NCBI RefSeq assembly: GCF_009914755.1
Contig: NC_060930.1
DNA: 64,000 nt
Strand: one strand, 5' to 3'
From: the human T2T-CHM13v2.0 reference genome, Homo sapiens
Of this stretch, positions 1 through 11,724 are shown one piece after another. The notes beneath the pieces are model-generated. The model was not told where the DNA came from. It did no database searches and saw only the letters and a list, made by a program, of their open reading frames with translations. Numbering within the stretch: the stretch's first letter is position 1; every line of letters begins with the position of its first letter. The position numbers were made by a program, and so were the translations under genes.

Positions 1-212
1 TGTTTTTCCTCAACAATGATGAGACTGATTCTTGATAAGTGCCAGTAAATAGCATAATGACTATGAAAGTGAGAAAGCATTTACTGAATTGCCTTTATGA
101 CTTCTAGTGGAACTAAGTTTGTGGAGACTTGTACTGCTTAGTAGGATATCTACTTTAAAATACTACAAAATCTTCCCATCAATGTACTTTTCCTTGCATA
201 ACTTCTAAAGTG

Positions 213-279
213 CTCCCTCTCCTTCTTCCTCCTTCTCCTTCTCCCTTCTTCTCCTTCTCCCTCTTCCTCTCCCTCTCTT
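213..279. repeat. Pyrimidine-rich (CTT/CCT)n low-complexity tract
   Basis: 67 nt of C/T only; explains the E/R-rich ORF 150..383 (-). Confidence 0.9.
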
Positions 280-675
280 ATAAGGCAACACATGTAGAGA
301 AGCAAAGTGTCACACAGACTAAATAGATGACCCACCAATGAACTGAACATCAGTGATGACAAGTCAGCACACTCATGCCTCATTTAGACTTTCACCACCA
401 AAATGGAAGAATTCAAAAAAATTGGAAAAATTCTTTTGAAAATTTACAAAACTATATTTCTCACTTTTTACAGGATTTGCTTAAAATATTTACATTAGTT
501 ACCCTGTTTAATGATGTCATCCATCTCATGGACAATGCACACCTCAACTATTCTAAATGACCATTTAGAAAAATCCTTTTATATAGAGTTTTACTGATAG
601 ACCCTGAAACCTTCCCATGAATTTCTTCTAACATAAGTTTTGAAAGCCCTGTGTGTTTTACCTACAAACCCCATC

Positions 676-1050
676 CAGATGGTCCCTGACTTACAATTGT
701 TTCACTTAAAATTTTTTTTACTTCAAGGTGATGTGAAGGCAATACACATTCAGTAGAAACCATATTTTAGTACAAATACAACCATTTCGTTTTTCACTTT
801 CAGTACAGTATTAATAAATTACATAAGATATTCAGTACTTTATCATAAAATAGACTTCATGTGAGATGATTTTGCCCAAGTGTAGGCTAAGTGTAACCTA
901 AGTGTAGTGCTGTTCCGAGCAAGTTTAAGGTTAGGCTAGGCTATGACATTTGGTAGGTTAAATGTGTTAAGTGCATTTTAACCTTACAAAATTTTCAATG
1001 TAGGATGAGTTTGTTGGGATATAATCTCACTGTAAGTTGAGAAGCACCTG
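676..1050 (-). mobile_element. MER47A-like non-autonomous TcMar-Tigger DNA transposon
   Basis: TIRs CAGATGGTCCCTGACTTAC...GTAAGTTGAGAAGCACCTG, followed by TA; internal sequence (TTTTCACTTTCAGTACAGTA, GATGATTTTGCCCAA, TAGGCTAGGCTA) matches the recalled MER47A consensus in reverse. Confidence 0.85.
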
Positions 1051-2284
1051 TACAAAGGTTTAATATTTTGCTACAAGTCTAAGAGAGCAGCACTGGGAGA
1101 TGAAGAACTGTTACTAGAGGATCTAATCTAAGAGAGCAAACTTTAGAATGAATAAAAACAAAATGGCTATTTTCAATGAAAGGGATTAGTTTTACATTTT
1201 ACCTGCCCCTACCCCTGTCTTCTTTCTGAATCACTGCCGAAGTATGGAAATTCCTAGTGATTTCCCATGCTTGGGTATAAAGCACGATGGACAGCCTACA
1301 GTTAGAGTTGAGTGGGTTTTCCAAACTGAGACGAGATCACAGGCTGATGTTAACTGGGAGGCAGAACAAGCATTAGCTTAGTTTGTGAAGAAAGGTGGCA
1401 TTTTCATTAAAGAAAAGCTAACAGGAAAATTCCAGCTTCTTCTAACATTCTTCTAACATTCTACATAGGTAGTAACATTCCACAAAAGTCAAGAACACTG
1501 AACCCTAAAGTACTCTCTATCCATGCAGGAAAAGGAACAAAGCAGTAAGTGCCCTAAGAGAAGTGAATAGGTGTTGCTGCTATGGTTCCTGTAGATTTCT
1601 GAGTAACTATTTGCAATCTATATACTTAATATTGGCTTGCACATGTTATATATTTTCTGTGAATTAAGCCTCTTAGCATAACTTTCCAGCAAAACTGTAT
1701 GTCCTGTAATTCACATATTTCCAAAGGTGCTGCAAAGTAGCAAGAGCTGAATATGCCACCCAGCAATATTCCAGGAAACTAATTAACTGAGGGAATTCAT
1801 GAAGGATTGCATAGATTACTGTGCCTCAACAATAAAGTAATGAGACTGGCCCACAAGGCATACATAAAAATCACATCTATCTGGTGTGGATTGATTTATG
1901 CACACATTTTAGAAGATCTATGTAAATCCTACCTGGCTCAATTCTTTCCTTTCTGCAAAGCATACCCTACCAATACAACTGAACATCATATTTTTCTTCT
2001 CTTCACTTTTTTTACATGCCACTCACTTAAAACCTAGTTATCTTGTTATGTTTTTATGTATTAACCATTCAAAACTGCCTTTTTCATTAATATGAAAACC
2101 GTATTGGTTATTTATTGCTGCATAACAAATCACCCCAACATTTTGTAGCTTAAAACAACATTTATTATCTCATATAGTTTTTGAGGGTCAGGAGTGGCTT
2201 AGCTGGGTTGTTCTGACTCATGTGTTTCATGAGGTTTAAGTCAAAGTCTTGGTCACTTAAAGCCTTTACCTGGGCTGGATAATA

Positions 2285-2420
2285 TAACTTTATTCTTTGT
2301 AGTGGGTTGAATGGCAACCTCCAAAAAGATATGTCTATGTACTAATCTTTGGAACCTGTAAATGTGACCTTATTTAGGAAACAGATCTTTGCAGATGTAA
2401 TAACTACATTAAATATATTG
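2285..2420 (+). repeat. 136-bp local templated copy of 3755-3890
   Basis: Direct comparison: 133/136 identical, no gaps, offset 1470 bp; includes non-LTR flank of the donor. Confidence 0.95.
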
Positions 2421-2743
2421 TAGCACACTAAGCACACTCTTGTGACCCTTGTTAAGTCTTAGTTCCTCACTAGTTGTGGGCTGCAGTCCTCAATTTTTCA
2501 CCATGTTAAGGCAGAGATGCTTCTCAGAACAAGGCAGCTGGCTTCGCCCAGAGAAAGATGCCGAGAGAGAGGAGGGTGAGAGAGGGATAGAAAGAGAGAG
2601 AGAGGCCAAGATGGAAGCCATGGTGTCTTCAATAATCTAATCTTAGAAATCACAGTAGCATCACTTTAACCATAGTCTATTGGCCACACAGGCCATATGG
2701 GAAGGGATCGTACAACCATATGAACACAGAAGGCAGGGATCAG

Positions 2744-2780
2744 TGCAGTATATCTCATTGGCAGAGCATTTGACTACGGA
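2744..2780 (+). pseudogene. Tailless retrocopy of the 5' half of tRNA-Cys(GCA)
   Basis: TGCAGTATATCTCATTGGCAGAGCATTTGACTACGGA vs recalled tRNA-Cys 1-37 GGGGGTATAGCTCAGTGGTAGAGCATTTGACTGCAGA (29/37). Flanked by direct repeats CAGAAGGCAGGGATC (2727-2741) and CGGAAGACAGGGATC (2777-2791); no poly(A). Confidence 0.8.
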
Positions 2781-3767
2781 AGACAGGGATCGTGGGAAAC
2801 CCTCATAGGGATCAGCTACCACAAAAAGTGCACTTTATTTCTTTTCACCACAACCTCTTTCAGGTATTCTAACACGATGCCTTGCTTGAAATAAGGAATC
2901 AATAAGTATTTGTTAAATTGTCTATCATCCTCCATGTCCACCAGATATGCTGTTTATTCTTTTATTCTTCATCAACTATCACTGCTTTTAAGCACATTGA
3001 TAGTATCAAAGTTACTCTTAGCCTATTAACATTTAGGGAAATAAACTAAAAATAAAATAATATGGATGCATTTTACCATAAAATATACATGTGGCTTTTA
3101 GTTAAATTATTCAATTATACTTTGTCTTTATTTCTGAATATTTATTCATACAAAAAAATGTTTATCACCACTCACTGGTTTCCAGGGATACAAAACTAGT
3201 GAGTTTTGTAGAGAATCATGTGGAATCATAAACCTTGGAATACTTTTTTCTCTGTGACATTTAGCACAATTTAAAGATATAAAATTAATGATAGAAAATA
3301 GGTTTATAAACATAAATAGTATAAATATACTAATATTTCAAGGAAAAGTATGTTTCTAAAAACTTACTATAGTGTGATTTATACCAAAAAATCTTGACAA
3401 TTGGATGTAGAATTTGATATTATAGTATAACATTTAGATATGAGTTCTCATATGTATGATTGTAAGAGAAGGGAACAAAATGAGCATACAGTATCATGTA
3501 CAACCTGGGTTAGGAGATACTGTTAGTAATTTACATACCCTCTAACTATTCACCTCATATTTCTTAAGAGGTCCCAAGCCTGTTCAGATTTCTATCTCTC
3601 CCCACGCAATTCAGAGCCACAATAATTATACTGATAAAATCTTTTTTGAGTGATTAGTTCAAAACATCATTTTTTAATATTCAACCTGAAAATTTCATGA
3701 ACACAGTGACAAGGTCAGCCTTAAGAACAAACTGGAATGAAGTTAAATGTCCATTAACTTTATTCTT

Positions 3768-4213
3768 TTTAGTGGGTTGAATGGCAACCTCCTAAAAGAT
3801 ATGTCCATGTACTAATCTTTGGAACCTGTAAATGTGACCTTATTTAGGAAACAGATCTTTGCAGATGTAATAACTACATTAAATATATTGAGTTGAGTCC
3901 ATCCTGAATTATTTGGTGGGTCCAAAACTCAATGATAAGTGTCTTTATAAGAGACACAGTGAGACACACAGAAAGAAAAAGAGAAGGCTGTATGAAGATG
4001 AAGGCAGAGATTGAGGTTATGAAGCCATGGAAACGAAGGAACTCCTGGAGCCACCAAGAAGCTAGAAAAGGCAAGGAGGAATGCTCCCCTAGAGTCTTCA
4101 GAAGAGAATACAGCTCTGTCAGAAAACAGAATGAAACCCTGTCACTGAATGGTGAGAGAACAAATTTCTACTGTTTTAAGCCACCTAGTTTGTGGTGATT
4201 TGTTACAGCAGCA
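3768..4213 (+). mobile_element. MLT1C-like MaLR solo LTR
   Basis: TAGTGGGTTGAATGG...AAAGATATGTCC...GGCAGAGATTG...CCCCTAGAG...TTTTAAGCCACCTAGTTTGTGGT; last ~15 bp missing. Confidence 0.85.
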
Positions 4214-4468
4214 CCCCCCAGCCCCAGCCTAAATAGTCTCCCAACTCTAATTTACATGTTCTTTTTTGCAGCAGACTCAGCCTTTCCAAAGCCAGCGCTA
4301 GCACCTGCACTAACGCTTCCCAGTGTGAACACCTGCACTAACTTACCTTTCTAATGCCAATACATGCACTACTCAAATTCTCTCCTCACATCGGGGTAAG
4401 CCTGTTTAGTGAACTAATTCAAACAAGCAGTAAATGGATATAAATGCATGGACTGGTTCATTACCATG

Positions 4469-4845
4469 TGCTACGATTTGAATTTGTCCAGCAAAAGTTT
4501 ATGTATTGAAAACTTGATACCCAATGCAACAGTGTTGGGATGTGGAGCTAATAAAGGGCTATTGAGTAATGAGGGCTCATGAAGGCTGATTGAGGTCATT
4601 ATTGTGGAAAAGGATTAGTTATCATGAGAGTATGTTGTTATGAACCTAGTCCAGACCTTGGTGCCTCTATCTTACATGCAGTCTCTTGTCCTTCTGCCTT
4701 CCCTTATGGGAGGATACAACACAGAGGCCCTCACCAGATACCAGTTCCATGCTCTCGGACTTGTCAGCCTCCAGCGTGTGAGAAATAACTTTTTTCTTTA
4801 TCAATTACCCAGTCTGCTATAGTAATAAAAAAACAGACTAAGATA
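4469..4845 (+). mobile_element. MST-family (MSTC/D-like) MaLR solo LTR
   Basis: TGCTACGATTTGAAT...CAGACTAAGATA; perfect 5-bp TSD CCATG (4464-4468 / 4846-4850). Confidence 0.85.
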
Positions 4846-5409
4846 CCATGTTATCCTTTACAGAAAACATAAGTAGGACCTTTCCAAAGACTTTGTTTCA
4901 TGGTGTTTATAGTCAGACTATTGAAGCAGGTCAGTGTTTAATAGAAATCCACTCTGACCACTTAATAATCTCCCCTTCCATGCATAGACTCCATTAGTAA
5001 ACTGCAGAAGATGAATAAAAGCAAATATTTCAATAACAAAAAAATTGTCTGTGAAGACATCATGACAAGAGTAGAGAATGAGAAAAACAAGGTAGATACT
5101 GACTGGAAGCTTGCAGAATTGTGTTTTCCAGGCTGTAATTCAAAGAAAAATTGTTTCAGGAAATGCTCTCCAGGGAAAGCATTATCTGGTAAAATAAACT
5201 ATTATGTAAAACTCTATTTTGGAGATAAACATGTATATAAACATGTGTTGTTTAAAAATAAAAGGAAAGACAGAGAGAAAAAGAGGAGGGGGAGAGAAGG
5301 GAAGGGGAAAAAAGAAGTGAGGGGAGAAAAGAATGAGAGAGAGAAAAAAGAGAATCTTAGTGATCATTCCAGTATACATACTACTCGTTGCTAATTTAGT
5401 TGGGGTTGT

Positions 5410-5640
5410 CACATCAAGGTAGAACTTTGGAGTAATACTGACAAACCTGTTTCAATCCACCTTCTTACTAGCCAAGTAATCTTCAGCAAATTACTTAGCA
5501 GTTTTAGCTTCTTGGTATGAAAGAATGGGGATACCTATTATGTTATCTTGTGTTTATTTGCTGTAATTCATGTAGAACATATGTACTTCTTACAAGCAAT
5601 CTTTCCTGTAGTTATAGTTCTCAATAGTTTGAGATTATTA
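5410..5640 (+). mobile_element. MIR SINE (degenerate)
   Basis: CCTGTTTCAATCC...CTTACTAGC...CAAATTACTTA...AATGGGGATA core remnants. Confidence 0.55.
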
Positions 5641-6136
5641 TGGTTATTACGATCACCTGTAGCAGAGGCTCTAGTAGCCAACATCTCTGTTGCCATCAGT
5701 CTCAGCCATTGAAATGCAATTATCAGGAGACTTAAGATTTGAAGTCAAACCATAATTGATCCCAGTGGAGGTGACAAAATAGAGCTGTTAATTTAACAAA
5801 GGGAGACTCTACAAAACCTGAAATAATTTATCAGCATATCTAGAGGATACATTAAAACCTCAGATTTCAAGCACTGCGTTGAAAGCTTAGGAAAAGGAGA
5901 AGCATAAAGATCAGCTCAGCACTGATGTCTAGGAGGAAGAACCATAACCAAGATTCTCAAGTATTCTGGTGCCTGAGCAAAGACAAGAAGATTGTTGACA
6001 TGACTATGGAATCATTGTCGCACAACTTAATATGGTCCTTTTGACACAATAGTCCTGAGTGATAAATGTTTGAATTAAACTACCAAACTATCTTATCCTG
6101 GTACCATTAAACACTGAATTTATTTATTTAATTCCC

Positions 6137-6592
6137 TGTACTGAGTTGAATAGTGCTCCAACAAAATTCACATCTGCTTGGAACCTGCGATTGTGATCTT
6201 ATGAGGAAATATGGTCTTTGTGTGGTCTTTGTAAATGTAAGCAAGTTAAGATGAAGTTATACTGAATTAGGGTGGGCCCTAACTCAGATGTGACTTGTGT
6301 CCCTGTAAGAGGGAGTTTTGGACACAGAACCACATGGAGAGAACACCATGTAATGATGCAGGCAGAGATTAGAGTGATGCATCTACAAGCCATGGAATGT
6401 TAAGGATTGCCAGACATCAGAAGCCAAGAAGAGGCAAGAAAGAATCCCCTCTAGAGCCTTCAGAGAGAGCATGGCTTGACTACATCTTGATTTCAAACTT
6501 CTAGATTCTATAACTGTGAGAGAATAAATTTCACTTGTTTTATGCTATCAGATTTTTGGTAAGCTATTACGGCATTCCTGGGAAACTGGGCA
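6137..6592 (+). mobile_element. MLT1B/C-like MaLR solo LTR
   Basis: TG...CA ends, MLT1 motifs (GGGTGGGCCCTAA, GGCAGAGATT, CTAGAGCCTTCAGAG, GAGAGAATAAATTTC); near-TSD TTCCC/TGCCC. Confidence 0.85.
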
Positions 6593-6984
6593 TGCCCCTT
6601 TCTTATGATATGTGTTTACCAAGCAATTTTCTGGATAAGAATTAGTTGTCCAAGTAAGCAGATATATATGTAGGTAATAATACTTATACATACATGAGTT
6701 TTAGAATTTCCATCTCTATGACAATTTTATATTTGCAAATCAGCATTACAGCTTTTATCCATCAACCTTATGAACTTAAGTAGAGTCTATCACTGAACGG
6801 TAAATCTTCTTTTATAAGACATGGACAATATGAGGTTTTAAAATGCCCTCTTCTGTGGCAACAGATAATAAATGAAGCTCTGCTTTAGGTCTGCTAAGCC
6901 TTGTGATCTTTCTCTTTTTTATCCCAGTGCCCTGCTTCATACCATCATTTCCTCTATGATATTTTTGTTGACAGAGCAACAAAT

Positions 6985-7156
6985 AATTTGTCTTCATCAG
7001 AAGACTGGACAAGATAAGGAAAGAATAATGAGTTTGAAGTTATGTCCGTAGCAACTCCTCAAACTGAAATGCAGTGAAAAAAAGAAAAAGAATATTCAAG
7101 AACAGTGGGACCATTATAAAAGATGTGGCATAAGTATACTAGAATACTAGAAAGAG
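6985..7156 (+). mobile_element. Old L1M ORF1 fragment
   Basis: AGACTGGAC...AAAGAATAATGAGTTTGAAG...CAAACTGAAATGCA...AGAATATTCAAGAACAGTGGGAC resembles the L1M ORF1 coiled-coil/RRM junction. Confidence 0.6.
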
Positions 7157-7538
7157 AGTTATTAAGTATTAACTCATATGATCATGAGGTCCCACAATAG
7201 GCCATCTGCAGTCTGAGGAGCAAGGAGAGACAGTCTGAATTCCAAAACTGAAGAACTTGGAGTCCGATGTTTGAGGGCAGGAAGCATCAAGCATGGGAGA
7301 AAGATGTAGGCTGGGAGGCTAGACCAGTCTCTCTTTTCACATTTTTCTGCCTGCTTATATTCTAGCCGCAGTGGCAGCTGACTAGATTCTGCCCACCCAG
7401 ATTAAGGGTAGGTCTGCCTTTCCCAGCCCGCTGACTCAAATGTTAATCTCCTTTGGCAACACCCTCACTGACACACCCAGGAGCAGTACTTTGTATCCTT
7501 CAATCCAATCAAGTTGACATTCAGTATTAACCATCACA
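7157..7538 (-). mobile_element. MLT2A-like (HERV-L) LTR, truncated at its 3' end
   Basis: GGTCCCACAATAGGCCATCTGCA...AATGTTAATCTCCTTTGGCAACACCCTCAC...CAATCCAATCAAGTTGAC...TATTAACCATCACA. Confidence 0.9.
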
Positions 7539-7539
7539 G

Positions 7540-7740
7540 TCTTCCAGTTGAGAAAGTTGTATATGTATACTAGAATTGAACAATTATGTAAATGATAGGG
7601 ATGCTGGGAGCCAGACTTCTCTCTGTTCAAGTAGAAGTTTACAGATAAGCAAGAAAACAAGTCTAGAATGATCTGGTAATTGAGTAGAGTCAAAGACATC
7701 AGGATGAACTCATATTTAGCTTGAAATAGATACATATATT
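7540..7740 (+). mobile_element. L1MC/L1MD 3' UTR fragment
   Basis: GGGAGCCAG...TTTACAGATAAGCAAG...CTAGAATGATC...GACATCAG..TGAACTCATATTTAGCTT resembles the L1MD 3' end. Confidence 0.6.
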
Positions 7741-9053
7741 TCTTCTACTTGCTCCTATCCAAAGTCCGTTCATTTTTCAAGGCCCAATTCTCCATCTGCT
7801 TAATCCGCAATTATTTGCCTAAATGCTCAAATATTCATTAAATTTCTGCTGCACTTATATCCTGAAGCAAACATCCTGGAAATTGCTATGCATTATTAGG
7901 TACTATATAGCAATATTTTAATTTTTAGAAATAGTATTACTTTTTTTCTTTTGCTAATTTTTATATTCCCAGAAGATTAGAACCAAGTACTTCTTTGGTC
8001 CAGCTTCTATTATATAATAAAGTGACAAACACATACTGGGCAATAAAAGAAGGAATACTCTCTGATTTATGAATAGTGTTACCCAATCTGCTTATTGAAG
8101 AAATAATTTATAAGCAACATTTTTATACAGTGGCTTTATATTAAAACCATTGTAGAAAATGTTTCTGCTAAGTTCCTTAATGGAATATTTTCTTAATTAT
8201 TTTAGTAAAAGTAATATTTATATTAATATTGTTGTATTTATATTAATGTTTATATTTGAACATTTTCTCACCATCAAAACTTTGTCATATAAATGAGATG
8301 TTGCATGTAAAAAAGAACATGCTTATTTTTGATGAACAAGTTAAATATTCACAAAAATTAATTACGTATTAAACCATAAATAAAACCTTAATAAACTTAA
8401 AAAATTCAACTGTATGTAGGTTATGTTCCCTGGTCATGATGCAATAAAATTAGAAATGAATAGTAAAAGGATGGCTGCAGTAAACATATTCATATTTCTG
8501 ATTGCCAGTCTCCAGTAAGGGTTGTTTTTTTTTTAACAACTCCTTAACTGAAAACAAGTGTAAACAATGTTAGAAAGAATAATCCTCCCAAAGACAGCAT
8601 GAATATGATGAAATATTAAAAAATGTTCAGCCCACAATCTGAAAGAGAATAAAAACAAGAGAGACAATAAAAGATCTAACCCACTTAGCCACTGGTGACT
8701 ATAAACACCTGCAACCCTCATAGTGTTACTGAGCTTAATTTACCCCATGAAGATTGTCAACAGTTTATCTCCATTCTTAAATTTAGCTTAAAGTGATCCT
8801 GGGTTGTTCATATCAATGAGCACTTGGAAGAAATGAATGTATTTCCTCTGTGGAGGATATCACCTCTATTTTGGCCCTCCACAAATGCTCACAACTAATT
8901 TTTATGGAAATCAATTAAATGGTAAAATATCATCATGCGCAATAGAAAACAAGGCAATATGTGTGAGATCCAGCAGGAACAACAGAAAGTAGAAACAGAC
9001 CAAAATATGCTTGAGAAATTCAGATTATCAGACATAAATTGTTTGCTTTATCA

Positions 9054-9382
<329 letters not shown>

Positions 9383-10114
9383 AAAAACAAGCCTATTCTA
9401 TTGGGGCCGAGGGGGAGGAAAAAACAGCTTAAAGTTATCAGAATATAACAGAAAATTATTTTTTCAATGTACACCATATTTAAAGAAAAGTAAAATTGTA
9501 GAAGTAAAAGATGTAGTAACTAGAATTTTAAAAATCAGTGAATGAATGTAGCAGCAGATTAGTCATAAAATAAGAGAGAATTAGTAAATTAGAAGCTGAG
9601 CCAGAAGAATTCGGAAAATAGCACAGAGAGAAAAAAATAGATGGAAAATATAAGAAAGAGGCTAAGAGATATAAATGAAAGTTAGATTATTTAAAATACA
9701 TTTAACTTCAGCTTGGAAACAGAAAAGGCCAAAAAATATTTAAAGAGAAAACAAGAACATACAACAGGTCCAAAGAAAACATCCATCAAATTCCAAGTAC
9801 GTTAAAGAAAGATAAATCCAAACGTTGAAATATTTTAGTGAAATTACAGAAAATAAAGGACAAAGAGAAAACAATGCCAAGAATAGCTAGAGAAAGACAA
9901 TAGTGAGTATGAGATTGATATAGAATTATAAAGACCAAGTAAAGATATATCATGCAAATATTAATCTCAAAAAAGTTGATATCAGATAAATGTTTTGGAA
10001 GAAGTAAATAGAGTCTTGTAACAATATAAAGTTTTTAACTCATCAGAATAGTACGAGCTGAATTCATATATTTTGAAATACACAGCCTTAAGATGAATTA
10101 AGAAAGAATATACA

Positions 10115-10327
10115 AAGACTCCTTTCAGGAATCATTTCTTTAGTTCCTACTAGAGAGGCTTCTCTTAACATGTGGAGCGCTGGAAACCACAAAGAGGAGG
10201 TGCAGCATTCAGTTCTAAGTGTGAAGTGGATTCTTGGTGTTGCTGTGCTGCAACTGCCATTTGCTAATGATGACCTTGCTTTTCTTACTTAGAGTAAGAC
10301 AGAGAGACAGCAGTCAGCCTGAGCGGT
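10115..10327 (+). pseudogene. Full-length U3 snoRNA retropseudogene
   Basis: Colinear with U3 from AAGACT..CTTTCAGGAATCATTTCT (box A'/A) through TACTAGAGA, AAACCAC, GTGTGAAG (box B), GCTGCAACTGCC and TGATGA (box C) to CTGAGCGGT (box D); followed by an A-rich tail; no snRNA promoter, inserted in L1. Confidence 0.92.
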
Positions 10328-10761
10328 TTCCATTTATGAAAGCAAAAAACAAAAACAAAACCGCTCTAAATTTGCAAACCAAAATAGACTGTAATCAGAG
10401 TGGAAAATTTTAACATACCTCTCAGTAATTAACAAAACAACCAGACAAAAACAACAGTGAGTTTATAGTAGGCATGAACATACAAACACAACCACAATAA
10501 TAGAATAATAAACTTTATTTTTTAGCACACCTGGACCACTTACAAAAATTGATTTTGTACTTGACTATAAAATCTCAACAATTATTGGAAGACTGATACA
10601 GTATAATAGTCTCTCATCACAAAACAATTAAGCTAGAAATAATGAAATAACTTTAAAACATTTCCTGTAGTTAGAAATTTAAAATTGTATTTGAAAGTAC
10701 TCATGAAAAAACACTTTTTAAAAAAACAGAAATTAGAAAATACTTTCATCTAAACTTTTCT

Positions 10762-10958
10762 CTTTTTTTCTTTTTTTTTATTATGCTTTAAGTTCTAGGG
10801 TACACGTGCACAACGTGCAGGTTTGTTACATATGTATACATGTGCCGTGTTGGTTTGCTGCACCCATTAACTCGTCATTTACATTAGATATATCTCCTAA
10901 TGCTATCCCTCCCCCCTCCCCACACCCCATGACAGGCCCCGGTGTGTGATGTTCCCAT
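10762..10958 (-). mobile_element. L1PA (about PA4-6) 3'-terminal ~200 bp
   Basis: Poly(T) then TTATTATGCTTTAAGTTCTAGGGTACACGTGCACAACGTGCAGG...CCCTCCCCCCTCCCC; likely 7-bp TSD CTTTTCT. Confidence 0.92.
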
Positions 10959-11331
10959 CTTTTCTAATCCTTGTAAATGCAGCTAAAACCATATTTAGGG
11001 GAAAATTTAAAATCTTAAACAATACATTATAGAGAAAGAAGCCTGAAAACTAATGAGGTAAGGATCCATCTCAAGAAGTTAGAAAAATTATAACAAATAA
11101 ACCCAAGAAAATAGAATGAAGAAAAACTTTATTAAGAGCAGAAAGTGATGAAACAAACAAATACTATGGAAAGGATCAATAGAACACAAATTTTATTTTT
11201 GGATATTGTTAATAAAATTGTCTAACTTGACAGAAACTAAATTAGAAAAAAAAAGAGATGAGTAAGCAATATCAGCAATGAAATAGAGCACACAACTGCA
11301 AATGCTACAGACATTTAAAGAACAGATTTTA

Positions 11332-11724
<393 letters not shown>

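Larger units (their letters stand above)
2100..2823 (-). mobile_element. MLT1 (F/G-like) MaLR solo LTR carrying two later insertions
   Basis: Begins GTATTGGTTATTTATTGCTGCATAACAAATCACCCC and ends GCTACCACA, typical of a reverse MLT1. Interrupted at 2285-2420 and 2744-2780. Confidence 0.75.

Noticed and set aside
5011-5394. 127-aa K/R/E-rich ORF
   Set aside because: Runs through a purine-rich low-complexity tract; no domain signature.
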